44,966 bases of DNA from a virus. Lineage: Duplodnaviria > Caudoviricetes. The DNA is taken from IMG/VR virus record IMGVR_UViG_3300027672_002563, positions 1 through 44,966 of that record; one strand, written 5' to 3'. The translations under genes were made by a program, and so were the position numbers. The notes beneath the pieces were generated by a model. It did not search any database and was not told where the DNA came from. It worked only from the letters and a program-made list of their open reading frames with translations. Positions 17,729-27,687 of this stretch are shown piece after piece. The stretch's first letter is position 1; each line of letters begins with the position of its first letter.

Positions 17729-19246
17729 ATGATATACAATTTTGAATTAGAAAAACAGCTGTTAGCTGGTTTGCTTAAAGATCCTGAGCGTCTAGCTGAG
17801 ATATCTAACTTTATAAGTAACTCAGATTTTTATTCCAAGCAAAGCTCTCTGCATTCCGCTATCTTTCGAATCATCAGACAAGCCATCGATTCTGGAGATG
17901 AGATCGATGAAGTTATTATAGCCCAAAGAGTTAACGATATCGGGTTGTCATTCGAAGATAATTTAAATCCTTCAGATTACATAAAGTCTTTGTCTCTTAG
18001 AAAAGTCCCAGAAGGCAACATCTTAAAGACGGCGAAAGAGTTAAAGAAGTATACCATACGAAGGGAGATTCTTGAGTCTTCTCAGGAGATAGCTAGGAAA
18101 ATGAAAAATATCGCTCCAGAATCCTCTTACAGGGAGATCATAGAGCTAGCTGACAATGTGTATAATTCTCGTATAAACCTCTATGAGATAGGCAATGATA
18201 CGCCAGAAAACATCTACGAGGAGATGGAGGCTCTAGTAGAGGAGAGGGGCAACAATCCAGTCACTGAGTTTGGCATGATGGGTCCGCATGAAAAGATTAA
18301 TGAGATCTATGGCTCATTATTGAGAGCAGGTAACATCACTGTGATTGTCGCTCGATCTGGAGTAGGAAAGACTCAATTCTGCATGGATTATTCTACCAAG
18401 GTTAGTCTCAAATATAATGTCCCAGTTTTGCACTTTGATAACGGTGAGATGAGTAAAGAGGAATTGATCATGCGCCAATGTGCTGCTTTATCAGGAGTCT
18501 CCATGCACTTATTGGAAAGTGGTAAATGGCGAAACGCGGGTGAGGACGTAGTAGAAAAAGTCAGGGCTGTTTGGCCAAAAATAAGTAAATTAAAATTTTA
18601 TTACTACAATGTGGGCGGGATGGATGTCGATTCGATGGTTAACACTTTAAAAAGATTCTACTACGCAAAGGTTGGTAGAGGAAACCAAATGGTCTTTTCT
18701 TTTGATTACATTAAGACGACTTCTGAAAGCGGAGGCAATAAGTCTGAGTGGCAAGTTGTTGGAGAAATGGTCGATAAGTTTAAAAAGTGCGTCCAAAAAG
18801 AGATCTTGCACGAAGGTAACCCAGTGATACCGATGATTACTTCTGTGCAATCAAACAGATATGGCATCACTAATAACAGAAACTCTCAAAATGTAGTAGA
18901 TGATGAATCTATTGTTTCTTTATCTGACAGGATTACTCAGTTTTGTTCTCACATGTTTATCTTGAGGAGTAAGACGGGAGATGAAGTAGAGAGTGAAGGG
19001 GAGCGGTTTGGTAGTCATAAGCTCATCAATGTAAAAGCGCGACATCTTGGTCAGGATATAGCAGGTGCGATAGAACCTGTAAGTATCGGTGATACCTTGA
19101 GAAAGAATGCTATTAATCTAAATTTTAATAATTTTAATATTACAGAGAGAGGCGATTTAAGAGATATAGCTAGAGCATTGAACGGAGAAGAGGAATTAGA
19201 TACAAATGAACACCAAGAAGAAATCCCAGACTTCGATCAATTCTGA
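17729..19246 (+). CDS. dnaB: Replicative DNA helicase
   Basis: N-terminal E..LL..LL..P...DFY...H..IF domain; ARSGVGKT, EMSKEE, FDY, VQ.NR and KARH. Confidence 0.93.
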   Translation: MIYNFELEKQLLAGLLKDPERLAEISNFISNSDFYSKQSSLHSAIFRIIRQAIDSGDEIDEVIIAQRVNDIGLSFEDNLNPSDYIKSLSLRKVPEGNILKTAKELKKYTIRREILESSQEIARKMKNIAPESSYREIIELADNVYNSRINLYEIGNDTPENIYEEMEALVEERGNNPVTEFGMMGPHEKINEIYGSLLRAGNITVIVARSGVGKTQFCMDYSTKVSLKYNVPVLHFDNGEMSKEELIMRQCAALSGVSMHLLESGKWRNAGEDVVEKVRAVWPKISKLKFYYYNVGGMDVDSMVNTLKRFYYAKVGRGNQMVFSFDYIKTTSESGGNKSEWQVVGEMVDKFKKCVQKEILHEGNPVIPMITSVQSNRYGITNNRNSQNVVDDESIVSLSDRITQFCSHMFILRSKTGDEVESEGERFGSHKLINVKARHLGQDIAGAIEPVSIGDTLRKNAINLNFNNFNITERGDLRDIARALNGEEELDTNEHQEEIPDFDQF

Positions 19247-20273
19247 AGACTTTCAAGGGATTCTAGAGTCGATAGGCTATACTCTAATTGACTGTGGAGA
19301 TCATTGGAGAGCGCAAGCTTTATACAGAGATGGAGATAATAAAACTGCATTAAAAATTTACAAGAATACTGGAGTATGGATGGATTTTGTAGAGAATAGG
19401 GGCAGCAAACCTTTTGAGGCTCTTATAGACTTAACTACAAAAGACAAAAAAGAAACAGAGTCTATTCTACAGAATTCATATACAGACACAGTGTCTGTTT
19501 ACCAACCTAATGAAAAAATTCAAATGGAAAAGATATATCCAGAATCATGCTTAGATAAGTTGTTCCCAAATTACAATTTTTATAACAAAAAAGACATTTC
19601 AGAGAAGACTCAAAAATCTTTCCAAGTAGGGCTGGCTGGGGTTGGTCAAATGTATAGGAGGATGGTCTTTCCTGTTTACAATGAGCATAACCAAATAATT
19701 GGATTCTCAGGAAGAAAGGTGGATGATAATAATGATTACCCTAAATGGAAACATATTGGTAAGAGAAATAGTTGGGTTTATCCAGCTTTTAATAGCGAGA
19801 CAGAGGTCGATAAAGAAATAGAATTGAAAAAACAGGTAATCTTAGTAGAAAGTATAGGAGATGCATTGGCGCTTTATGAACACGGTATTAAAAACGTTTT
19901 GGTCCTTTTTGGTTTATCTGTTAACACTAACATTATCAATTATCTTAGCGGCAGGTCTGTTGTCGATATATGCATTTCTACAAATAATGATTCGGCTAGT
20001 CGGGAAAATAGAGGGCTTATCGCGGCAGTCAAAAGCTATATTAAATTATCGGGATACTTCGACTTAGGTAGTTTAAGTGTAAAATTCCCACCTAAGTCTT
20101 ATAATGATTTTGGTGATGCACATTTAGATAACTGTGACATCAAGAAATACTGGTTAAAAAAGCCAGTGGATCAAGATGCTCAATTGAGATACATTTGTAA
20201 TTTTGTTGAGAATAATCCATCATTTTTTACAAAAAAAGAATTTAAAACAGCCTCACTACTAAGTAATGACTGA
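19206..20273 (+). CDS. dnaG: DnaG-type primase with atypical motifs
   Basis: RMVFPV.N....IIGFSGR, PKW and TOPRIM VILVESIGDALAL; lies next to dnaB. Confidence 0.85.
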   Translation: MNTKKKSQTSINSEDFQGILESIGYTLIDCGDHWRAQALYRDGDNKTALKIYKNTGVWMDFVENRGSKPFEALIDLTTKDKKETESILQNSYTDTVSVYQPNEKIQMEKIYPESCLDKLFPNYNFYNKKDISEKTQKSFQVGLAGVGQMYRRMVFPVYNEHNQIIGFSGRKVDDNNDYPKWKHIGKRNSWVYPAFNSETEVDKEIELKKQVILVESIGDALALYEHGIKNVLVLFGLSVNTNIINYLSGRSVVDICISTNNDSASRENRGLIAAVKSYIKLSGYFDLGSLSVKFPPKSYNDFGDAHLDNCDIKKYWLKKPVDQDAQLRYICNFVENNPSFFTKKEFKTASLLSND

Positions 20274-21291
20274 ACCTCAATCTCCGTTATCAGCGAGTAG
20301 AATTAAAACAGCTCAATCTTGTTCTTGGCTTTATTGGTCCAAGTATAAGTTGGGTCTCCCCGAAAAAAGTAATGACGGAGCTAGAAGAGGCTCTATATGT
20401 CACTTGATTTTCGAGGTTTTAGGTGTCCCTAAAAGGAAAGTCTATTTTGATAAGATTATTGAAACTCAAGATGTTTTCTCTATTCCTTCTATTAAACGCT
20501 TAATTTTTAAACACGCGGAGAAAGAGGGTGTAGATGATTCGGAGAATATCCAAATGATGAAAGAGATGATCTTTAATGGTCTCTCATATGATTTCTTTGG
20601 AGGGGATCTTTCTGATCCGACCGAAGAATATTCAGAGAAAGATTTCGACATAATCAAGAATGACGGAAAGGTCAGCTACAGGATTAGGGGTTTTATAGAT
20701 AAATTATTTCTTTATAAAGACCAAAAGTTTGCGTTAATCAGAGATTTTAAAACTAGTAAGGACGTATTTAAAGGCAAAGATCATACAGATAACTTGCAAG
20801 ATCTAATGTATAGTCTAGCGGTAAGGGATTTGTTCCCAGATTACGCTAATAGGACTAGCGAGTTTCTTTTCTTAAAGTTTGACTTGGATCTAAAAGCAAA
20901 AAAGACAGGAATAGTTCGAATGGAACCTCTTGACTCTGATGAGTTAGTAGGGTTTGAATTGCAGCTCACTGAAATTCAAAAATACCTAGACAATTTTACA
21001 GAGCGAGATGCAAAACGTAATTTTGCCGCTCGTAAAGGTTTCCCTTCAGACGGTTCATTTAGCGGGAAGCTGCTTTGTGGTTTCGCGACTAAGAAAGGAG
21101 AGCTTAAAAAAGATGGGACTCCTAAATGGCATTGCTCTATGAAGTTTGATTTCTTTTATTATAAAGTCTATAATTCAGAAGGGAAAACGGTAAAATGTTA
21201 TTTTGAAGAAGATTTTTCTGAGGAGTCTGTCCCCGATGGCGGGACATACGAAATCAAATATTATAAGGGTTGCCCAGCACATTCCTCTTGA
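20266..21291 (+). CDS. PD-(D/E)XK RecB/Cas4-like exonuclease
   Basis: LSASRI...C, GS..H..FE, RGFIDKL, DFKT and Q...Y; C-terminal cysteines. Confidence 0.85.
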   Translation: MTEPQSPLSASRIKTAQSCSWLYWSKYKLGLPEKSNDGARRGSICHLIFEVLGVPKRKVYFDKIIETQDVFSIPSIKRLIFKHAEKEGVDDSENIQMMKEMIFNGLSYDFFGGDLSDPTEEYSEKDFDIIKNDGKVSYRIRGFIDKLFLYKDQKFALIRDFKTSKDVFKGKDHTDNLQDLMYSLAVRDLFPDYANRTSEFLFLKFDLDLKAKKTGIVRMEPLDSDELVGFELQLTEIQKYLDNFTERDAKRNFAARKGFPSDGSFSGKLLCGFATKKGELKKDGTPKWHCSMKFDFFYYKVYNSEGKTVKCYFEEDFSEESVPDGGTYEIKYYKGCPAHSS

Positions 21292-21315
21292 CTCTAGTGG
21301 TTGGACTCGTATAGT
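21288..21315 (+). promoter_or_regulatory. Leaderless-type sigma70 promoter of the polymerase genes
   Basis: TTGACT-16-TATAGT-5-ATG(21321). Confidence 0.65.
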
Positions 21316-21320
21316 TGGGC

Positions 21321-22073
21321 ATGGTCCCAGTATTCAAGTCTACTTTCTCTATAGGGAAGAGCATTTTAACCTTAGACGATGTAGAAAAGGACGGCGGTCC
21401 AGACAGCATCTTTTCTATATGCGAAGAGCATAAAATTAAAAATTTGGTATTAGTCGAAGACTCTATGACGGGTTTTGTGACTGCTCACAATAGATGCAAA
21501 GAGCGTGAGATGAATCTAATTTTTGGGATCAGAATCACATGCTGTAATGATGTCAATGAGGATGATAACTCTGATCATAAGATTGTTATTTTTGCGAACA
21601 ACGATGATGGATGCCGCCTCCTATATAAGATTTATTCTTTTGCTCATACTCAGCACAAAGGTAAAGTAGATTTTAATTTCCTCAACTCTGTATGGAATGA
21701 CAGTGTCGATTTAGTTATCCCATTCTATGATTCTTTTATTTACAATAACGGACTCCACTTGAAGAAGTGCGTCCCTGACTTTTCTAAAATTACGCCTATC
21801 TTCTGGACAGAGGAGAATGGGCTACCTTTCGATCATCTCGTAACGGCTAAAGTCAAAAAGTTTGCATCTAATATGGGATCTAAACACAAAGATGTAAAAA
21901 GTATTCTTTACAAAAATAGAGAGGACGTAGAAGCTCTACAGACTTACAAGATATTATGCAATAGGAATTTTGGTAAAGCCGCTACTCTAAGTAGTCCGAA
22001 TTTAAATCATTTTGGTAGCCAAGAGTTCAGTTTCGAGTCATACTTAAATAAGAAGGAGGTCACAAATGAATGA
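21321..22073 (+). CDS. Stand-alone PHP domain of DNA polymerase III alpha (metal ligands degenerate)
   Basis: KSTFSIGKS (HSxYS-like), LVEDSMTGF, LIFG and IFANN..G...L.KI.S match the DnaE N-terminus. Confidence 0.8.
   Translation: MVPVFKSTFSIGKSILTLDDVEKDGGPDSIFSICEEHKIKNLVLVEDSMTGFVTAHNRCKEREMNLIFGIRITCCNDVNEDDNSDHKIVIFANNDDGCRLLYKIYSFAHTQHKGKVDFNFLNSVWNDSVDLVIPFYDSFIYNNGLHLKKCVPDFSKITPIFWTEENGLPFDHLVTAKVKKFASNMGSKHKDVKSILYKNREDVEALQTYKILCNRNFGKAATLSSPNLNHFGSQEFSFESYLNKKEVTNE
22053..22060 (+). promoter_or_regulatory. Shine-Dalgarno sequence
   Basis: AAGGAGGT lies 5 nt before ATG 22066. Confidence 0.65.
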
Positions 22074-22698
22074 ATCATTACTAAGGTTTAATAAAAAACA
22101 AAAATATCTAGTCTTTGATACGGAGACTGAAGGGTTGAACTTAATTACCTCAAGACCTTGGCAGATTGCTTGGTTAATAGTGGAAGGTGGCGAAATCTTA
22201 GAAAAGCATGACATGTTTTTGGATTGGCCTGATTTAAACGTTTCAGAGGGAGCTGCTAGAATTACGGGCTTCACCATGAAGGAGTATAACAAAAGGAAAG
22301 AGAACCCTCGCGGAGTTTGGGAGAAGTTTTCAAAACACCTGTATGATAAAGACACTTTTGTGGTTGGTCAGAATTTATTAGGCTTTGATGTCTACATGGT
22401 CAATATTTGGCGTAAACTAATGAATTTAGGGAGCGATTACTCCTATGTAGAAAGGATCATTGACACAAGATCCCTAGCTGTCGCCATAGCAAAAGAGATC
22501 CCAGTTAATAAAGAGGATTTTATTAGTTGGCAGTATAGACTTCTAAATCATAGAGAGCGCGGATTGAAGACTTCCCAAGCTTATTTGCTTAAGAAATACA
22601 GTATCGACCACGATACTAAACGGTTGCATGATGCCCTTTATGACATCGAGATGAATTTTAAAGTTTTCCGCAAGCAACTTTTTGAACTAGAAATATGA
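22066..22698 (+). CDS. dnaQ: DEDDh 3'-5' exonuclease (Pol III epsilon-like)
   Basis: FDTETEGL, GQN..GFD, IDT and HDALYD. Confidence 0.92.
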   Translation: MNESLLRFNKKQKYLVFDTETEGLNLITSRPWQIAWLIVEGGEILEKHDMFLDWPDLNVSEGAARITGFTMKEYNKRKENPRGVWEKFSKHLYDKDTFVVGQNLLGFDVYMVNIWRKLMNLGSDYSYVERIIDTRSLAVAIAKEIPVNKEDFISWQYRLLNHRERGLKTSQAYLLKKYSIDHDTKRLHDALYDIEMNFKVFRKQLFELEI

Positions 22699-25250
22699 GT
22701 TTATCAAAATACACAGGATATAAAACGCCTTTCCCAGTAGGAGTAAAACTCCCAGAGATTAAAATCGAAAAGAAACATTATGAAGAAGTCTCATGTGGAG
22801 AATCTGAAGATAATTACCAGTTTTTAAGAAAGCTATGCTTCAAGCGCTTACAGCAAAAAGGCATTGATAAGCTAGATAATGCTCAAGTCTATTATGATAG
22901 ATTAAAAGAAGAGCTTGTTATTTTTGAAGATTTAGGGTTTGTCGATTATATCCTTCTGAACTGGGACATAATTAATTTTTGTGTCGAGAACGATATTCCT
23001 ACTGGGGCTGGTCGCGGTAGTGCTGCAGGTTCTTTAGTATTATTTGTAATTGGGGTGACCCACATAGACCCTATAGAATACGGTTTATTCTTCGAAAGAT
23101 TTGTTTCAAAAAGCAGAGCCAGAAAGATAGAACATGAAGGGGAGACTTTTCTTGACGGTAGCCTCTTGGCCGATGTCGATAACGATATCTCTTATGATCG
23201 GAGGGCAGAGGTCATTAAATATATTGAAGAAAAATATAAAGGTAAGAGTTCTAAGATATTAACCTTGAATACTTTAAGCGGTAAACTCTGCATGAAAGAG
23301 TGTGGCAAGATAGTCGCGGAGTTATCCGAAATAGAAGTCAATCAAATTAGCGATACAATCCCAAAACACTTTGGGATCGTAGCTAAACTTGAGGTGGCTT
23401 ATGAAGAGGATGAGACCTTCCGATCTCATGCAGATAAATACCCCAAGGTTTACCAGATAGCTAAAAAGTTGCAGGGGTTAAATAAAAACACTGGAGTTCA
23501 TCCATCTGGCATATCAATTTCTTTTTATGAATTGGAAGACATAATGCCGCTGCAAGTAACTAATGACGGTTCATTAATCTCTGCTTACGATATGAACGAT
23601 GTCTCAAGCTTGAGTGTGAAGTTCGATATCTTGGGTCTAAGGACTTTATCAGTAGTCCATGATGTCTGTGGACGAATTGGGGTAAATGCGGCTGACATAG
23701 ACCCTCATGACCCGACAATTTATGCTGCTTTAGCTTGTTTAAGATCTCCTCAAGGTCTATTCCAGATCGAAGCTGATACGAACTTTAAAGTCTGTAAATT
23801 AATTTCTCCTCAGAACTTAGAGCAATTATCAGCGGTGGTCGCTATAGCAAGACCTGGAGCTTTAGACTTCAAAGATTCTTATGCTACCTATGTCAGGACT
23901 GGAGACTTCCAATCTGTTCATGAATATTTCGATGATATCCTTAGTTATACTGGGGGTATCCCTCTTTACCAAGAGCAGTTGATGAAAATGGCTGTAAAAG
24001 TCGGGTTTAGTTTGGACGAGTCTGAGCAGTTAAGGCGTATAGTCGGGAAAAAGAAAATCGATAAAATGCCTGAGTGGAAGGCTAAGATCGATGAAAAGAT
24101 TAAAGAAAACAAATTGGACCCTGAGATAGCTGGAGTATTGTGGAAAGTCGCTGAAGATTCTGCTAATTACTCTTTCAACAAGTCCCACTCCATTAGTTAT
24201 GCTTACTTATCAGCTATAACGATATATTTAAAATTCAATTATCCACAAGAGTTTTTTCTAAGCCTTCTAAAATATGCAAAGTTTGAACCTAATTCTCATG
24301 AAGAAATAGCGAGGATATCCCAAGAGCTTTCTCATTTTGATATTGAATTGCTACAGCCCGACTTAAATAAATCAGATATTGATTTTAAGATCGAAGGCAA
24401 AAACATTAGGTATGGATTAAACTCTATTAAAGGAGTATCGACTAAGGTGTTAGAATCTTTATTAGAATTTAGAGAGGATTCTTTCTCTAATAAATATGAA
24501 GTTTTCTTGGCAGCGAAACAGGCTGGCTTAAATATCGGAACTTTATCAGCCTTAGCTCAAGCAGGTCTTTTAGATTCTTTTGTTAAACACACTAGGCCAA
24601 GATTAGTCCTAGAGGCTCAGACATTCAATATCTTAACTGATAGAGAAAAAAGAAATTTAGTTGCAATGGGTGCAGATTATGATTACGATATTATAACATC
24701 CATCCATGATGTTAAGAAAAAAGATATGGTCGGAGATGACAATAGAAAGCTATTTGCAGAAAAGAGGTTTGAGACATTTAAGAAAAAGTATAAACCATAT
24801 AAGGAAATCTACGAAATGAACAAAGAGCATATTAAGTATGCTAATTGGTATTTTGAAGAAAAACTTTTAGGCTACAGTTACTCTTACAATATTCGAGACA
24901 TATTTAGTTATGGTGATGATTTTTATTCTGCTGATTCCATAAAAGATCTTAACCCTAGAGACAAAATTAAATTCGTAGGTTCCTTAACAGATATAATGAA
25001 AAGGAAAAGCAGAAATGGTAATGATTACGCGAAATTGACTATGCAGGATGAAAGTGGGATATTGGAGGGATTGTTCCTCGACGGAGAAAGAGAGGCTAGG
25101 CTTACTGACTTTTTAGATTCTGGTGAAAAACTCCCTAAAAAAGGAGATGTCGTGATTGTCTTTGGGACAAAAGGCGATGACATTGTTTTTCTCGATAAGA
25201 TAGTTCCTTTAAAGGATAAAATCTACATGAAGCTATCTGAACTTAAATAG
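22695..25250 (+). CDS. dnaE: DNA polymerase III alpha catalytic subunit lacking the PHP domain
   Basis: GRGSAAGSLV, FERF, ADVDND, HPSG, KFDILGL, RPG, YQEQ.M, YSFNKSH, GL..IKG and a C-terminal OB fold. Confidence 0.95.
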   Translation: MSLSKYTGYKTPFPVGVKLPEIKIEKKHYEEVSCGESEDNYQFLRKLCFKRLQQKGIDKLDNAQVYYDRLKEELVIFEDLGFVDYILLNWDIINFCVENDIPTGAGRGSAAGSLVLFVIGVTHIDPIEYGLFFERFVSKSRARKIEHEGETFLDGSLLADVDNDISYDRRAEVIKYIEEKYKGKSSKILTLNTLSGKLCMKECGKIVAELSEIEVNQISDTIPKHFGIVAKLEVAYEEDETFRSHADKYPKVYQIAKKLQGLNKNTGVHPSGISISFYELEDIMPLQVTNDGSLISAYDMNDVSSLSVKFDILGLRTLSVVHDVCGRIGVNAADIDPHDPTIYAALACLRSPQGLFQIEADTNFKVCKLISPQNLEQLSAVVAIARPGALDFKDSYATYVRTGDFQSVHEYFDDILSYTGGIPLYQEQLMKMAVKVGFSLDESEQLRRIVGKKKIDKMPEWKAKIDEKIKENKLDPEIAGVLWKVAEDSANYSFNKSHSISYAYLSAITIYLKFNYPQEFFLSLLKYAKFEPNSHEEIARISQELSHFDIELLQPDLNKSDIDFKIEGKNIRYGLNSIKGVSTKVLESLLEFREDSFSNKYEVFLAAKQAGLNIGTLSALAQAGLLDSFVKHTRPRLVLEAQTFNILTDREKRNLVAMGADYDYDIITSIHDVKKKDMVGDDNRKLFAEKRFETFKKKYKPYKEIYEMNKEHIKYANWYFEEKLLGYSYSYNIRDIFSYGDDFYSADSIKDLNPRDKIKFVGSLTDIMKRKSRNGNDYAKLTMQDESGILEGLFLDGEREARLTDFLDSGEKLPKKGDVVIVFGTKGDDIVFLDKIVPLKDKIYMKLSELK

Positions 25251-25255
25251 TGTAA

Positions 25256-27679
25256 ATGATTATGATGGGTTTAGCCGATTTCAACCTCACTCCTAAAGCA
25301 AAAAAGGGATTAAAAGATTCCAAGAAGTTCGCTAAGGATAATAGCCACGATTTAGTAACAACAGCGCACTTGGTATATGGTTGTTTATCAAATCTCTCGG
25401 ATAGTTGTTCTTTAAGATTATTAGCTTATGATATAGATTTTAATACAGAACTTTTTAAAGATATCTTTAAAAAATATGCAAATCAAAATAAAGACTATTT
25501 TTCAAGCAAAAAAGGACAAGGCGGCTGGCATGAAGATGTCAACCAGACAATACGCTCCGCCAAAGACTTTTCGGACATATTTGATAGTTATTTTATAGGA
25601 GTAGAGCATGTCCTTTATGTCATTTTAGACGAAGACAATATATTTATAAAGTTTTTAGCTGAGAACGGTATTAATGTAGCGTTACTTAAAGAGTTGCTAG
25701 AAGATTATCTTTCAGAAGACATTTCTCTTGGGAGGATGATGCATTCTTTTGATCAACAAGCGGAAGACTTTATAAACGATAAAGAGCTTGAGGAGCCATT
25801 GCCTGAGATATCTAAATATTGTATTAATTTAAACGAAGAGTTTAGATCGAAGAGGGGTTCTATTATCTCAGGTAGAGATAGAGAGATAAATCAATTAGTC
25901 GAAATACTCTCTAAGAAGAACAAAAGTAATGCGATATTAGTAGGAGACGCTGGCGTGGGTAAGACGGCTATAGCTGAAGGTCTCGCTCAACAGATAGTTT
26001 CTCAAGAAGTCCCTACGCATATGTCTTTAATGCAGATCTGTTCTGTAGACATAAGTGCTATGGTGGCTGGCTCTAAATATAGAGGAGAGTTCGAAGAAAA
26101 ATTTAAAGCTCTAATATCTGAAGCTGAAAATAATCCTCACATAATATTATTTTTTGATGAGATTCATACAATTATAGGAGCTGGTAATTCTCAAGGGGCT
26201 GTGGATGCTTCTAATATGCTCAAGCCAGCTCTAGCTAGGGGCGATATAAAATGTATAGGAGCCACAACAACTCAAGAGTATAAAAAATACTTTGAAAAGG
26301 ATACCGCGATGAAACGGCGGTTTGATAAAATACAAGTAGAAGAGCCATCTAAGGACGAGACGAAAGATATTGTAATGAAAACAATTTCTTTTTATGAAAA
26401 ATTCCACAATGTAAATTATTCAGAAGCTAATATTAATACGATTATAGACTTTAGTGAAAAATATTTAAGTAATAGAAAATTTCCAGACAAAGCATTTGAT
26501 ATAATTGATCAATTAGGAGCCAGAACTAGAATTAAATATAGCAAGACTCCAGATGATGTAAAAAACGTTAGGTCTTCTTTTCATAATTTTATGACAGAAA
26601 ATGATGATGAAGAGTTTAATGAAGCAAAATTCACATCTTTGTTAAAAGAATACCTCCAATCTATTTCTCGCTGCCAACAGAATAGAGGGCGTAAACAAAA
26701 AATTCGACAAAAAGATATTTTAGCTATTTTTCAAGAGAAAACAGGTCTATCTCCTAAAGCTATGAGCGAAAAAGATTCTTCCTTTATCAGCTTCTCTAAG
26801 AAAATGAATAGTGAAGTCTTTGGTCAAACAAAAAATATAGAAATCATAAATAACACTCTATCATGTTCTAAAGCGGGGTTAAATGATCCCAAAAAACCCT
26901 TGAGCAATTTACTTTTTGTAGGGGCTACTAGCGTGGGAAAAACCTATACAGCAAAAAAGATTGCTGAGCATTTCTTCGGTAACGAAAAATCAATCCTGCA
27001 ATTAAACATGAGTGAATACCAAGATAAAACATCAATATCTAAACTCATAGGAGCTAACGCTGGTTATGTTGGCTATGATGAAGGTGGGTTGTTAACGGAG
27101 TTTGTGAGGGATAATCCAAACTGTGTTATTCTGTTTGATGAGGTCGAGAAGTGCGAACCTAAAGTCTTAGATGTCCTATTGCATATACTAGATGAAGGCT
27201 ATGCTACAGACAATTTGAATAGGAATATCGATTTTACTAATACGGTTATTATAATGACTTCTAATATAGGTCACAAAGAAAAATCAAAAAACAGCATGGG
27301 CTTCGCCCCTACTGAGCAAAACGAAAAAGAGATTTATACTGATTCAGTGAAAAAACACTTTAGGCCAGAGCTTTTAGCTAGAGTCGATGAAGTTATTATA
27401 TTCAATGAGCTTGGGGAGAATGAGTTAAAACAGATCATTAGAAAAGAGCTAAATGAGATCAAGAATAGGCTCGAAGGTCGTGGCGTGAAGATGATCTTTA
27501 AAAAGAACCTAGAAACTCTAATATTTAATAAAATTAAAAATGATAAAAATCATGCTAGGCAAATAAAAAACGTAGTAAAATCACTAGTCCAAGTCCCAAT
27601 ATCTAACTTCATTATAAAAAACAGGGATATTGAAAATATATCCATAAATATAGTTGACAAATCATTAAAATTCGTATAG
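25256..27679 (+). CDS. clpC: ClpA/ClpC-type AAA+ ATP-binding subunit
   Basis: Double Clp-N repeat, GDAGVGKT, KYRGEFEE, FDEIH, GATSVGKT, GYVGYDEGG.LTE and an MGF ClpP-docking loop. The start may be 25262 or 25265. Confidence 0.88.
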   Translation: MIMMGLADFNLTPKAKKGLKDSKKFAKDNSHDLVTTAHLVYGCLSNLSDSCSLRLLAYDIDFNTELFKDIFKKYANQNKDYFSSKKGQGGWHEDVNQTIRSAKDFSDIFDSYFIGVEHVLYVILDEDNIFIKFLAENGINVALLKELLEDYLSEDISLGRMMHSFDQQAEDFINDKELEEPLPEISKYCINLNEEFRSKRGSIISGRDREINQLVEILSKKNKSNAILVGDAGVGKTAIAEGLAQQIVSQEVPTHMSLMQICSVDISAMVAGSKYRGEFEEKFKALISEAENNPHIILFFDEIHTIIGAGNSQGAVDASNMLKPALARGDIKCIGATTTQEYKKYFEKDTAMKRRFDKIQVEEPSKDETKDIVMKTISFYEKFHNVNYSEANINTIIDFSEKYLSNRKFPDKAFDIIDQLGARTRIKYSKTPDDVKNVRSSFHNFMTENDDEEFNEAKFTSLLKEYLQSISRCQQNRGRKQKIRQKDILAIFQEKTGLSPKAMSEKDSSFISFSKKMNSEVFGQTKNIEIINNTLSCSKAGLNDPKKPLSNLLFVGATSVGKTYTAKKIAEHFFGNEKSILQLNMSEYQDKTSISKLIGANAGYVGYDEGGLLTEFVRDNPNCVILFDEVEKCEPKVLDVLLHILDEGYATDNLNRNIDFTNTVIIMTSNIGHKEKSKNSMGFAPTEQNEKEIYTDSVKKHFRPELLARVDEVIIFNELGENELKQIIRKELNEIKNRLEGRGVKMIFKKNLETLIFNKIKNDKNHARQIKNVVKSLVQVPISNFIIKNRDIENISINIVDKSLKFV

Positions 27680-27682
27680 AAT
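27654..27682 (+). promoter_or_regulatory. Leaderless-type sigma70 promoter
   Basis: TTGACA-17-TAGAAT-5-GTG(27688). Confidence 0.7.
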
Positions 27683-27687
27683 TAAGC

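Noticed and set aside
21321-25250. Split intein or intron explaining the fragmented polymerase
   Set aside because: No intein N- or C-terminal motifs and no non-coding gap; the genes overlap directly.
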